NCBI GenBank assembly: GCA_001244265.2
Contig: CDLV01000009.1
Location: forward strand, 1,302,001-1,366,000
Direction: 5' to 3'
From: Microbotryum violaceum
Lineage: Eukaryota
Length of the DNA stretch: 64,000 bases
Shown: one piece after another, positions 37,356 through 50,957 of the stretch
How the letters are laid out: each line of letters starts with the position of its first letter
Numbering within the stretch: position 1 is the first letter of the stretch
The notes under the pieces: generated by a model
What the model saw: the letters and a program-made list of their open reading frames with translations, nothing else
What the model was told of the DNA's origin: nothing
Database searches by the model: none
Translations under genes and position numbers: made by a program

Positions 37356-40300
37356 ATGGGCCCCCAGCGTTATTTCGATCAAGGTGGAGACGACATATCT
37401 CGACCGCACCACGATGGTGGATCTCACCGAAGCGGTGACCGAGGTCGCGGCGGCGGCGGAGGACGAGGCGCCAGGGGAAGTCGGGGAAGTCGAGGTCGCG
37501 GAGGGGCTTCGTCCGGCTCGAGTCGTGGCGAAGCAAGAGGCGACGGAGCACATCATGAGGCTCGACCCAAGACGGAACCGTTCCAACCCAAGCAAGGCTT
37601 CATTGCGGCTGGACTGAAGGCATAGTGAGTGCTCGTACCGAGTCGATTTTAGACCTTCGCTCGAGCCTCCGCTGTGCAAACCGCCTCCACGATATCATGG
37701 GAGCATCTTAGCGCCGAACAATGCCGTGAGCGAACGAAGATGGCTGATGAGATGTGACCTATGATCAACAGTGCTGATGCGGCTGAAACAACACCGGACA
37801 ATGACGAGCAAAACTCGGAGCAAAAGGCCAAGATCTCCGAAGGCTGGAAGGACAAGACGACTACACAGACCACTTTGTACCTCACCAATCTACCCCCGAC
37901 ACTCACTTCGCCAGAATTGTCGCTCATCTTCTCGTCGTACGCACCCCTGCGATCGGCCTTCGTGGTTTCGGCGGCGACGAAGAACGCTTCGGGACCTGGT
38001 GGGGCCGGCCCTTCGTCGGCCAATGCCATCTCAACCGGCGCAGGCAGGGATCGCACAGGCAAAGCCACGTCGCGTGGATTCGGATACGTGCGATTCGTCC
38101 TGCGCACCGATGCCGACAAGTGTCTCGAGGAGTGGGGCAGCAAATCGGGGATGCCCCGCAGCGCCTGCTCTGAGCTCGAGAGCGCCGAGGGGCTCGAAAA
38201 GGTCGACTGGGACAAGCTTTGTGGGCGTGAGGGCATGAAGATGAGCTGGGCCAAAAAGAAGCTCAAGGAAGGAGAAGAACCCGAGGGACCCAAGGCCAAG
38301 AAGGAAAAGAAGGAGAAAGTCGCCAAGCCGGCAGCTACTGATGATGCCGAGAAGTCCGAAGAGCAAGAAGCCGAACTCGAGCAAGCCCCGAGATGGCGAC
38401 CAGGAGTGTTCGATCACGCCGCCTCGCGATCGGTTGTCGTCCAAGGCATACCGACAGAAGCGGATCTCGAAAAGCTACGAGCTGCCAAAGCCAAGAAGGC
38501 CAGCGAGATGGATGTCGACGTGGAAGCCGATGCCGGTGCGGATCAAGATGGAGACGACAACGACGAAGTTACCACCAAAGTCGATGACGCAGAAGCAGAT
38601 GACGAGGACGGCCACAACGCTGAGGAGTCGGGGAAAGCAGTCGACTGGAAGAAGGCGCTCAAGCAAAAGGCTAAGAAGAGTGGCGATGTCGAAGATGTAA
38701 AGTGGCCCGTTGTTTTGCCATCTGGCGATATCGCTGGTGAGTCCGCCAGAGGTGATGAGATCATTTTTCGCAAGGCTAACGTCGATTTCTTGTATGCAGC
38801 AATCATTGTCATGTACTCGCCTCGACATGCTCACGATGTGATGAAGAAGCTTCACAACCATGTCTTCCGAGGTCTTGTCGTGACCGCTGCCGTCAAGAGT
38901 TCTTGGGACTTGTGCCAACGTCAAGGTCGTGCCAAAGGTGGAGGACGTCTTGTGGTGCGCAACTTGGGCTTCGACATCACCTTGGCCGACATTCGAGCGG
39001 CTTTTGCTCGATTTGGCTCGCTCCATTCGATCACTCTTCCCGAGGACCCCAAGACGGGCAAACCTCGTGGGTTCGCGTTTGTGTACTACGTCACCAAATC
39101 GTGCGCCGAAGCAGCGCTGAAGGCGATGAACGGCACCCGCATCTACGCTGGTATGGCCGCGGATCGTATCGCCGAGGAAGGAGGCAAGCTCGGCAAGAAG
39201 AAGGAGGTTCGTGAGAAGAAGAAGGTTGCGCTCAAGGAAAGTCGTGGAGGTGGAGGTGAGAAGGGACGTCTTGTTGCCGTCGATTGGGCCCTGAGCAAAG
39301 ATGACTGGAAGAAGGCACAGGAGGCCGAAGTTGATGAAGCGGAAGCTGGCTCCGACGAGGACACTGAAGAGCACAGCGACTCTGACGACGACGACAGTCA
39401 GGAGGAGGAGGACGATGACAGTGATCTTTCACCCGTCGAAGAGGACGAGTCCGACGATGAAGACGAGGGTGAAGAACTCGAACTTTCTGACGGCGACTCG
39501 GACGTGGACGAGGAGCCGCAGTCAACCGAGCCTGAAAAGGGGACGACGCTCTTTGTCAGGAACATGTCCTTCGAAGCGACCGAGCCAGAGCTGTACGATC
39601 TCTGCAAGGAGTTTGGCCCCGTCCGGTATGCTCGCATTGTCTATGATCCGACTACGAAACGATCGCGCGGAACAGCCTTCGTGTGCTTCTGGAAGGGGGA
39701 AGATGCGCAAAAGATGCTCGAAGCCTCGGAAAGTCTCAATGCTGGCCTCTTCGTTGGCGAAACATCCCACAAGCGCAACAAGGGGGCTTCGCAATCGCTG
39801 TTGATGGCGGATCCCGGAACGTCAGAGGCCTCCAAGCTGACGCTGCATGGGCGTGTACTCGCTGCTGTGGCGGCCGTCTCGAAGGACGATGCTGACAAGC
39901 TTCGTGAGGATCGTGATAAGAAGGGTGGTGCAAAGTCGGATCGTCGCAACTTGTACCTGATGCGCGAAGGTGGTGAGTGACTAGATCTTGATCAATGCAC
40001 GGGTACATCAGAGCTAATGTTTTCCGTTTTCTTCGGACTTCGCAGTCATTTTCCCATCGTGGGCGATCGCGCAGACTCTGCATCCTTCCGACATGGCGGC
40101 TCGTCAATTGTCCTTCGACGCTCGTAAAGGCCTACTACGTTCCAATCCTTCGCTCTACATCTCCCGCACTCGACTCTCGGTCCGTCAGGTCCCTCTTTAC
40201 GTCACCGACGGCATGATGAAGCGACTGGCGAACTTTGCCATTCGCGAGTTCGACAAGGAGGTCAAGGCTGGCTTGCAAAAGCCTCTGACAGCGGACGAGC

Positions 40301-41145
40301 TGGACGACAGCGTTGTCGATGCTTCGGGATCGTTGCCAGCACCGAGCAAGGTTGAGCGCTTCAAGGGTGTTCCTCCGAGTCGCGTGCGACAGGCCAAGAT
40401 CTTGCGTCAATCGGACCGTGTTGATCCGTTGACCGGGTTGGGTCGTAGCAAGGGTTACGGTTTCCTGGAAATGGGCTCTCACGCCGATGCGCTACGCGTC
40501 CTTCGATGGGCCAATGCCAACAAGGACATCGGGGCTTTGCTTCGCAAGTGGTGGCGCGACGCTTTGGAAGCCATGATCGAGAAGGTGCAAAGAGGCGAAG
40601 GAAGTGTGGGCAAGGGTGCTGCGCTCAAAGAGAAGGAAGAACGACTCAAGCGACTGAGGGAGAAGATGAGTGAGCTTGTGGAAGAGGAGGAGTTGGCGGC
40701 TGGGAAAGCGGCGAGGAGGGAAGCGGCGGGTAAGACGACGGGTGAAGGGGGCCGAAGTACGAGGTGCCTTATTGTCGAATTCTCGATCGAGAACGCCGTC
40801 ACTGTCAGTATTGCCATCTCTTCTCCACCAGATTCCGAAACTGACATCTTGAATGTCTTCGCACAGACCAAACGACGTGCCGAGAAGGTCGCTCGTGCCC
40901 GAGAGCGCGCAAAGCGCAGCAAGGATCGAGACGGCTCCGATGATGACGGGGAAGACGACTCGAGGGATCGTGGCAAGTCTTCGCCCAAGAAGAGGAGACG
41001 CCAAGAAGATGGTGACGACTCTAAGCCGGCCAAGAAGGGCAAGAAGCCTGCGGAGGAAGCTGAGGGCGAGCCGGAGGCCAAGGAGGGTCGCACAGGTCTG
41101 AGCATAGGGGCCATCATTGGCAAGAAGCGCCGACAAAAGAAGTAG
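37356..41145 (+). CDS. NOP4: Nucleolar multi-RRM protein Nop4/RBM28
   Basis: Four RRMs (TLYLTNLP/SRGFGYVRF; RLVVRNL/PRGFAFVYY; TLFVRNM/SRGTAFVCF; TRLSVRQVP/RSKGYGFLEM), an acidic tract, DRRNLYLMREG and LIVEFSIENA. Confidence 0.93.
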
Positions 41146-41407
41146 TGATGCCATAGTCTACGGCGTTCCCTTGTAATATCATGCTCCAATTATACGGTGT
41201 ACTCCTGTTACGGTGTACTGCTGCTGTAGCACCCATGAGTGCACGATGATTGGATAAAAATCATGTACTTCAGTACAGATTAAGAGACGCTACAGGGTTG
41301 CAAGATGAACAGTAGATACAATCGCCGCTGAGATTAAACGTGAGCGAGCAGGCGGGGCCAAGAAGAATGTCGCTACAGGGAAAAGGACAAAGGGTGTGTG
41401 AAGTTCC

Positions 41408-43856
41408 TCAGTTCTTCAAAGTGGAGAATCCAACGCGGTTCGATCCCAGATCGAACGTGACGTAGACGCCCTGTAAAAAGCTACCGCCAAGGACCCATCC
41501 GCTGATACCAACGTCGGCACCGACGATAGCCCCCACACATCGATCCGATCCGGCCGCGACTTTCCCAAGGTTGAGGGCATTGGAAAGAACAGCCCATTTC
41601 TGGGATCCTCCGGCGAAGGTGAAGGAAGCGGTGAGCGAAGCCTTGCAGGGGTAGGTATAGTATCCTCCCCCACCGCCGTAAGGCGCCGAGTCGGCAACCG
41701 CAGCCCAGTAAGTCGCCGCATCCGCCGTCGGTGCCTGGAAGAGGAAGACGGCGTAAGCCAGGAAGGTGTGCATCTGGGTGATACATAGGCACACTTGCTA
41801 CTCACAACAATGACCGACGTTCCTGTGTCAATGATTGCGTTGATCCCCTTGAGAGCGGCTTTCCCGTTGACGTTCGCATTTGCACTGACGGTCCAGTCTG
41901 CAGGCAATCAAGAGGTAAGCGAAGTTTATAACACATTTTACTGAATAAATATTACGGTTCTGTGCAACTCGCATCCTTGGGAAACCACCCTTGTCCATTG
42001 CGTCGAACCAGCGACATAATCGTTCGAGTTCATCCCCCCGAGGAAAAGCTCGGAATCGCCCGACGCTCCAAGCCTGAACGAGAACTGAGGTGCAGCAACT
42101 TGTTCCTCCGCGACCAAGGTCTGAAAGAAGGGTGTCGTTTTGGTTTGCGAGATGGAAGCATAGGCCATGCCCATCAGGCCATCCATGGGGTCGCTGGCCC
42201 AGTCGGAGGACATGCCCGTCGCGACTCCGAAACCTTGGCCGGTTGTCGTCAAACCGGCCAGAGTAACGGTGTCCTGGTAGACGAGACCCGTCGTCGAAGA
42301 GCCGTCACCGTAAGTGATGCTTAGCTTCTTGGACGGGTCGGCTTTCGACGTCGACGATTTTGAAGGGTCGTATTTGGTGTGAGGGGCGCACGCGGCCGAG
42401 CTGCAGCCAGACGACGGGACCCAGAGATCCGCCGATCCTGTGTCTACAAGTGAGAGAGGAAGCAGCGGTCAGCTGAGTGTCGGAAGATCTCCAAAGTAAC
42501 ACTCTGCCTAGAACACTCACCAAAGTCGATGTTGAATGTCTTGGCAGGGGTACCGATGGAGATGGCACCAGTCCAAACTGCGTGTCGGAGTCCTTGCAAT
42601 GTCAGTCAATGTATCTTTACCACCACACAAGAAAATTGCCAGCAAAGCGTACCTGAGCCGTCGTTGTAATTTGTCAAAGAAACGCCACCTGCCGAGGAGG
42701 AGCTCCCGCCACCTTTAGTCGCCGCGGCCTTTGCACCCGTCGAAGTAGTAGTCGCTCGAGCGCCGGCCCTGGGAGTCGTCGCCGCGGTTGTCTTGGCCGT
42801 CGTCACTTTTTGACCACCTGCAGTCGTCGCCTTGTTTCCACGTCCATCGACTCTCGCGCTCTCCGCAGCTGCTCTTGCTGCCGCACGGGAGGCGACGGCG
42901 TCTTTCCGACTTTGTTGCGTCGGTTTAGCCGCGTTGACTCGAAGGTCCGAACTGGCTTCATTGACGGATTCGACCGGACCCTCCCTGGGAGGTTTGAGAC
43001 CTCGACCGAACAATCGGCCTGCCCCACGAATACCCTTGAAGCGTTCGACGGAGAACAAGGTATCCCCACCTCGTCTCTGCTTCGTCGGGTCGCGCCCGCC
43101 ACTAACACTTCGAACACCCCGACTCTTGATTTGGAGGTGTTCGGCATGGGGCTCCTCGATCTGACCTGGGGATTCGTCCCATTCCATAGGATTGCCTTCT
43201 TCCATCCAAGCTCTCTTTTGACCCATCATCGCACCGGAAACGACACCGTATCCGCCGTAGAGAGCTCGGTCCGAAGCGGGCAAAAGCGCTTCGCCTTGGT
43301 TCTCGAGGTAGGCCGATGTGCCGCGCTTGAATTTGGCGTGCATTTTGGCGAGGTGTGACTGGATTGGAGAGACAGATAGGATACATCAGCTTTCCGCTCT
43401 TTCGAAAGGTTCCATCGGGCCGGAGGAAGGCTTTTCCGAGGAAAATCCTTCGGTGCCGACTCGTTTCGGGCAGGGCTGGCAGTTTTCGCCGAGCCGCTTA
43501 GACCAGGCGCGGGCATGGAGCGAGCGAACGTTCGAAAGCAGGCCAGTGACCGAAAAACTCACCTGTACTCGATCCCAAGAGATGGAGCCATCTTCCTTGG
43601 TCAACTCGGCTGAGTCACGTTTACGAAGAGGGATCTGGATCGTCGTTCCTGGGGTTTCGTTCGTTGATGTTTCGTTTGTTGTCTGGGCTGGAGGCGTTGC
43701 GAGGTCGACGAGGGGGAGGCCGGCGGCGGCGGCGGCGGCCGAAGCGGGCAGAGATGGCTGCTCGAGCGCGGTTGCTTGCGCCGCGGCCAGGGACGCGAGA
43801 GGGGTCGCTTGGATCGACACGGCGAGCAAGAGTAGGGCCAAAGGTGCTCGAACCAT
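41408..43856 (-). CDS. Secreted pepsin-family (A1) aspartic protease with a long pro-region
   Basis: Signal peptide MVRAPLALLLLAVSIQA, ISIGTP..FNIDF|DTGSADLWVP, ITYGDGS, DGLMGMAY, AIIDTGTS and WVLGGSFL..VTFDL..RVGFS. Confidence 0.93.
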
Positions 43857-44810
43857 AACGAACTCGGGGGAGAGGAGACGGAACGGAGTACACAGACAAC
43901 GAGCTCAAGAGATCCTTGAGGGGATGGGATGAGAGCAAGTGGTTGAGGTGAGAGGAGAAGAACAGACCGTGTGAGCCTCGCAGAAGGTACCACTAGCCGG
44001 CGAGCGGAGGGACTATTTGTGACGCGAGAGGATTCCGAAGTCGGCGAAAGGGAGGAAAAGGGGGGTGGGTAACGCGCGGGGCCCACCGCTCGGGTTTCGC
44101 TGGCGCGCGTACTGATTGGGCCGGAGATCGTCCAGGCCGACGCACGCGGCCTCGCAGAAGATTGTGTGGGCCTTTGAAATAAAAAGCAGGGTTAATGTGG
44201 TCCTGTTAATTGCTGCGGCATATGGATGACGCGTATAAGCTTGTACCCGAGCGCGCTCCGCAGGCGTGCCAATGCCCGGGGCAGTTCGCCCATTTCAGTT
44301 AGACTGGAGGTGGCGCGCGCGCGACCAAGGGCGGCAAGGGGCTGGACAACTCCCGCTCGCGGCTCGGCCTGTCAAGCCCTCGCACGCCCCCTCGAGCGCG
44401 ACTCTCGCTGCGAAAATGAACTCTATATTGAGCGTTCTTTGTGGCGTTCATTTTCCAGCAAAGCCTACTTCCACCCGGAGCAAGAGATCTGCTGAAACAA
44501 CCCTCGTCACCGCCGCTCGCCACGCCGACGGAAACGTTTCTCACGTGTGAGATGACCGGCCCGAGTGTTTCTAGTGTGTACCAGGTCTCAAGCCACCTCC
44601 TGCCGAGTGCTACTGCGCGTTCCAAGATGTGGATGAGATGGCACTTGGAGCCACAGTCCTTCCTGGTAAAGGGACAATAAAACATTGTGGCATCCTGGTG
44701 CCTGCTGCGACGAACCATAGGGGGTCCGGAACTAATCACGTGACATATGTCCGAGAAACTCGGCTGAAACGACGGCAGCAACACACAAAGTCTTCATTAC
44801 AAGACAAGAA

Positions 44811-46240
44811 TCAACCCCTCTTGGCTCTAGCGATCCCCGTTCGAGCCCTGCCCACAGCTCTATCGAACTGATTCTTCTTGGTCGAGCCCTTCTTCCTCGA
44901 CCCATCGTCAAACCCAGCCAGTCCGTTCGACCCTCTCCCCTCCCCTTGTTCCCCAGCGGCGCCTGCTGACCTCCTTTGGTCATCCCTCTTCATCTTCTTC
45001 ATCGCATCATAAGCCCCTTGGTTCCTTCCCTTACTAATCTCACCCAACAAATCATCGAACTCGGCACCATAACCACCCAAACGACGCTTGCCACCTCGTC
45101 CAGCACCTAATCCACCAAACGCGACTTCCTCTTCTTCGGCACGGCGCTTCTTGGCGTCCTTTTTGGACATGCGCATACGGGTGAAGTGGTCCATTTCGTA
45201 TTGCTCGACTTGCTTGAGGTGACGAGCTGTTCCCGAGGTCAATGTCGGGTCCGCGGAGGCGGAAAGACCTGTCGTCGATTCGCCGTAGGGGGTCGAAGCC
45301 GAGAGTCCGGTCGACATGTCGGTGACGAGATGGGATGCGGTTGCTCTTTTGGCCGCTTTCTTGCCTGAATTGTGTTCTGAAGAAGATCTAATCAGTGAAG
45401 GGTCTTTGCAATCGAGAGTGGATTCCGGGAGAAGGTGCGCACCTTTGGCAGGTGCTTCAGTGTAGGGCACAGCGGCGACTCGAGGAGGCCTATAGATACC
45501 ACCTGGTCTTGAACCAGAGTCATCGTTCATCATCGCACCACCGTATGCCCTCTCTTCCTGATCGTCTTCGTCTTCTGACACGGTTCGGTCTAGGACGAGG
45601 TTGCTGATGTTGGGCTTGAACGCGAGAGGGTCTGAGAAGAGGGGCAGAAAGCGAAAATCAGAATCAGCTATGCCAATTACCACTTTTGAATGGCAGCGCT
45701 GACTCACCATTCATCATCTCCTCATCATCGACGCCATGAGCGGCCTGATCGGCCCTGCGCACGAGCTTCTCGATCTGGTACTTGAGCTTGCCTTCGAGCG
45801 GCGAGATCTTTTCGAGTACGATGCGGTGCTTGATCAACGTTGCGACCAAAGAGGAGCCCTCGGGCGAGGTGAGGGAGGTCGTAGGGCATGCCAGCTTGAG
45901 TTGAAGGAGAGCAACGAGGTGGTGGAGGTAGGAGAGGAGGAGATGGTTCTTGAGCGACAGGAGCGAGATCCCCTTCGAATCGTCGAGATCCGAGGTAGCG
46001 TCGAGCCTGCGCGATGTGTACGATGTGTGAGATGTGTGAGATGTGTGGGATGTGTGGGATGTGTGAGCTTTGAATTGGCGATGCTTGATGGGACGATTGG
46101 ACACGTCAGACTACTCACCTCTGCTGCCAGCCTTGGACGGACTGCCTGAGCTGACTCGCGCCGCTCCTGACGTCCGCGAGCAGGGTGGTGATGGTCGACA
46201 CTTCGTCTGCTGTGGGCTCAAAGGTACTTGTCGACGCCAT
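44811..46240 (-). CDS. LCP5: U3 snoRNP protein Lcp5 / neuroguidin (Sas10/Utp3/C1D family)
   Basis: GISLLSLKNHLLLSYL, RIVLEKISPLEGKLKYQIEKL, DPLAFKPN, GIYRPPRVAAVPY and YEMDHFTRM. Confidence 0.9.
46013..46067. repeat. 9-bp minisatellite GATGTGTG(A/G) x about 6 in LCP5 intron 1
   Basis: Read directly from the sequence. Confidence 0.85.
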
Positions 46241-46711
46241 GTTGCTCGATGTTGTGCTAGCTGAGCGTCACGGCGTGGGTGTACCTGTATGCGTGAGTGT
46301 GGTGAGCGCTGAATCGGTCTGGCTGGCTCGGTGCTCGCCTGATTGCGAAGTCGGCCTTAGCTGCTCTCAGCTGCTCTCCGCCGCTCTCCACCGCTCGTCT
46401 CTAGCCGCTCGTAATCTCGCTTACTAATAGTGAATAGTCCCGCTCGGAGCGTTCGGCGCGCCTGCGACAACGGCACGCGCGAGCCGACACGCCACGGCTC
46501 ACTCAGCGCTCAGCGCTCAGCTCCGCTAATCGGCTCACCTCGACTCGGCTCAGCTCCTCTCTATCAACCGCACGTCTCCTCCGGGCACCCAGCGCATCAA
46601 AAAGTACTCCCAGCATCTACCTGTACCCCATCGGATCCGAGTACGCTACTCAGCTGAACTGCTGCACCTCAAATTGCACCCCTCCCGCCCTCTTCTGCCT
46701 CGCCTTGAGCG

Positions 46712-47494
46712 AGTGCGTACACACACAAACCCTCGTCTCGTTTGGGACATCTCTCCTCACCAAAGCCAGAAACTGATACCTATGCATTCTCTCACAGTGG
46801 TCAATCTTCTTGGCGCAACTTTGCCCGATCGCAAGCTGGTCAAGGTCAGTCTCACCGTTCACTTTTACCTCCACCCTGTCTGCCCAATGTCTGACCTCCC
46901 TCTGAACTTCTTCCCTAGATCGCGCTCTTGGCCTTCTACGGTATCAACCACCACACCTCATCCCGTATCATGGCCCGCCTCCAGTTCCACGACCAACTGC
47001 GCGTCTCGGAGCTGAGCGAACCCCAACTCAACTCTCTGTCGGCGCTCCTCTCCGCACCCCCCAGTGCGATCCGACCCAGTACACCCCTCTTACCTTATTA
47101 CCCTTCGACAGCACCATCAGAATCGACACCGACAGCGAGCACTTCCTCGAACAGGGAATTGATCCCTCGCGATCCGCCTACGGTCGCTCAGGATCCCATT
47201 TCGTCCCTTTTGCTCGAGGAGGATCTGAAACGACAAATGCGCGCCAACATTGCGCATCATCGACAGATTGGCACTTTGAAGGGACGACAACACGCTATGG
47301 GATTGCCCGTGAGGGGGCAGAAGAACAGGACCAATGGCAAAACTGCCAAGAGGTTGAACAGGATCGAGAGAAAATTCTTCTCCACCTCGACGACAGCAGG
47401 AAGCAGAACGACGACGACGGGTTCGACTGGGTTGATGAGGGAACTGAAGGGGCTTTGGAGTAGTCAAGGTAGGAGTACTGCTTGGAGGATGTAA
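46712..47494 (+). CDS. SWS2: Mitochondrial ribosomal protein uS13 (Sws2)
   Basis: MVNLLGATLPDRKLVK|IALLAFYGI..RVSELSEPQL..DLKRQMRANIAHHRQIGTLKGRQHAMGLPVRGQKNRTNGKTAKRLN. The ATG appears split by intron 46713-46797. Confidence 0.9.
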
Positions 47495-47676
47495 ACCAGG
47501 ATTGGAATCGAGGGAATTACAGATCGGAATGCATCGCCATGACTGCTCGGCCGCGGGCACTTACAGCATCAAGGTATTGAATGCGGGATACATCATGTAC
47601 TTCTCACATGCTCTATACAAAGGCTGGGTGTATTCATCGTGAACATCCAGCGATCTGCTGGATTTGTCACCCTCCT

Positions 47677-49839
47677 CTATCGCCTCAACTCCGCCGTACC
47701 GAAGTCCCATGGACTGATCTTCTCCCTGACGCTCTCGCCCGTTCCATCCCGGACGACCCTCACTTTGCTGAGAGCCAACCATATCGAATAGTCCGAACCA
47801 CCCCTCGCTTCGCTCCTGGAGGCTGGGATGGCACCCCTATAATGTTCGATCGGCTCCTCTCGCTCCTTTTCAAAGGTCTGAAAAGGATGCTCGATGCCCG
47901 AATGACGATGCACCATCGTCGGGTCCACGCTCGTCCCCCGAGGCAGCGTGTCGATTTGAGAGGTGGCGCCCATCTCTTCACCCCCACCCGAAGAAGACGT
48001 CAACCCTGCCGCTGGCGTCCCACCCGACAAAGTTCGATAATGCCACAAATTCCAAATCAAACCCAGCGTAGCGCAACACGAACTGATGCCGGAGATCCAG
48101 GCCGCTCCGACCGTGGTGACTTCGGTGGCGATCCATGACCCATGGATGGTTTGATCTTTTGCGACCGCGTACGCCGAATAGATCAACAACCCAATCAGAG
48201 CGACGGCGTTGGCGCTGATGAAGGAGGAGAGCACGACGAGTTCCGACCGCGCTTTCGAGACGAGCACGAGCGTTTCCGCGCGTTTTCGATGTAGGCTCGA
48301 AGATTGGGCGACGAATCGGAGGCCTTCGGCGTCGAGAGACAGGTTTTTGGGTAGGATGAAGGTGCTGTGCGGTGGTGGGGAAGAGGCACATTTGAATGTG
48401 GGGTTGGTCGGGGAGAAGACACGGATCGGGTCGTGGTTGGTTGAAAGGTCCGTTTCGGCAGGTTCGGCCGCGGTCGGTTCTTCTCCGGTGGGATCTTGTT
48501 CGAGACTTCGCATCAGACTTTCCTTGCTGAGCTCGATATGGGCCCCCAGATGACGCGCCAAGCCCAAGCCGGTCAGGCTGAAAACGTATACCAAGGAAGC
48601 AGGGATGCAGAGGAGGATGAAGTACCACTTGATCATGTGAAGCCACTTGTCCGATGCCGAACTGAACGCCGCGCTAGCACTGACGGCGCGCGCCGAGTCG
48701 GTGGGAGAAATGCCGTTTGGGTATGCGGTCGCGAGTTGGGAGAGGAGATTGGTGAGAGAATGGAGACGGGACCAAAAATTTGAAACGCATCCGATTTGCC
48801 AGACGCCGATCGCCTGGGGTCATAGGAGGAAGCGTGAACGGCCGAGACCGTCAGCCCCTTTTCGGCTCGGCGGGCGGGCGTGGGCGCGGGCAGGTGGACT
48901 TACGATGCATCCTAAAAGGGCCGACAAGCCCAGACCGGCGAAGAAGAGGTTGACGGTAGCGGATGAAACAACCGAAAGGGGTGAGGTGTGATTCGACTTG
49001 GATTTGTTGGTGAGGATGTACGTCGTGTAAATAAACCACGAAGCAACCCAGCCGTGAACAAACATCGGGCACATGACGAATGCGCGGACAAAGTGGCCGC
49101 CGATGGTGGGGTTACGGTGTTCGATGTATTGATTCAAGGCGTCGAGGATTATGAAAATCCAGCAGGTCGAAGATATGATGCCTAGTGTGGCACTGATGAT
49201 CCGAGCGTTCATGACTAGGAGGTCGCCGGGGGGTCGCCGGACCTAGAAGGGGAAAAATTTGATCAGGCCGTGCGACCGCGGCGTGACCAATCAATGCGCT
49301 TGCCACTCACGAACTGATACAACCATTGTGGCGGAGAAGGAGTCACACGCCTCCTCTGTACTTCAAGTACAGCCAAATATGCTACGGACAAGATGATCAC
49401 CCTGAACTCGAGACATCAGGGGGTTGGCGGATGAGAAGATCACCCGAAGGCGAGACACAGCGTTCTGCGTCAGGAGCGAGTTCGGTTCGGCTCCGAACTG
49501 CACTCACCCGCCGTTCAGCGCGAGGAGCACGATTGCTCTGATCTTGAACCCGTTGAGGTTGTCGTGAGTGTGATAGACTTGAGCCTGGGCGAGGAAAGCA
49601 TTTGGAGTTGTAAATGAAGAAGTGTGGGTGTGTCAATGACGGAAGTGAGGGCAGTGGAAGCGGTCGGCGACTCCAAAGGCGGATGTCAGCGTGACTGACC
49701 TGCACCAAGTCGAGCGAAGCTGAAACCGCAGCCAAGCCCTCCAGCTTTAGCGAGCCCTCAGGATCGTTGGCAAGTGTGAGAGGAATGCATCCTTACCTTG
49801 AAAGGGATTAATGGTCGTCTTATTCGATTGTTGACTCAT
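47677..49839 (-). CDS. Orphan seven-TM membrane protein, copy A; start uncertain
   Basis: Exons GFKIRAIVLLALNGG / LSVAYLAVLEVQRR..WLYQF / LLVMNARIISATLGI..HGWVASW / WYFILLCIP..KARSELVVLS..WIATEVTTVGAAW. Seven hydrophobic segments, paralogous to copy B. Confidence 0.75.
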
Positions 49840-50957
49840 TCTTGGAACAGAGTGGCTGCTGGATCAGGCAACACTGGCTGCCGAAGTGGAGGATTGGAAA
49901 GGGAAAGAGGCGATGTGCACCGGTTTGATCCCTCGAAGCAGCAAGACCTGTTATGATAGACTGTTTGATGTGTCCAATTCCTTGCAGATGGTCGAGTTGT
50001 CCAAAATGCCTATTAAGAAAAGAGAGTGACGAGTGACCATCAAAGGTACCGTGACAAATCGAAAACATAAGGAGACGCGAGCTTGTCTCACTGGTGGGCA
50101 AGGCCCGTGTAGGGTATGCTTTTTATTTATTCAAAATACACTCAGTATAGACCATAACCAGGTGACGTAAAATTCCCGGAATCCAACGGCAACCCCATGC
50201 GCCATGGGAGACACGGTGGGTTGAAACATGTTATGATGAGGGCATGCCTCACAGAGCAGACCTTTAAGTAGCCTCTGAGTACTCTGAAAACCTAGCATCG
50301 ACACTTGCTTTGGGTCTAACGGTCAAGAAAGACAGATTGTAATTATGAGTAGCAGACGCAAACCTTTACAGACCGCGGAAAAGAACGAGATTGAATATGG
50401 CGATACAGGGCCCTGGGATCGCTTGAGGTACCCCATGGTTCTGATCGACCTACTTGGCGGAGAAAAAAAAAGTTCCGCGAGTAAGAAGCTCTGAGGCTAG
50501 CAGAAGCTCGCTCCGAGGGGAGGAATACGAGTCGGCAACGGCGAAGCAACTGGCTAACGGCTCGTCGACCCCCGAACCCAATCGGGCGGTCACGCGCTTC
50601 GAAACAAGTTAGAGTTTTTTCTCGCTACCCTATCGAGCATCAAAGGGCAGCGATTGTCGAAGTCACAGTCACGGATGGGATATAACTCTCCGTGTCCCTA
50701 TTTTTCTTTCCGGAGCCGGAGCTTGCGCTCCCGCCCCGAAGGCCCGATCAAACAGGCACGACGTCGTCTCCCGATTGCTGACTCAAGAGGCCGGATAATT
50801 TTGATCCGACACAGTTGAGGTGCTCATACACTTCGGTTTAACGAATTTTAGAATGCACACATCAGCTAGATCGTTTGTGCAAAATGCCTACATGCCCTTC
50901 GACCATTATTATTTGCAGCCCTGTTTCACGCCCCTCATGCAAATGGCACCTGTCGAA

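Noticed and set aside
45664-46104. HTS repeats in the ORF track (His-rich metal-binding look)
   Set aside because: The 9-bp repeat lies in LCP5 intron 1 and is not translated.
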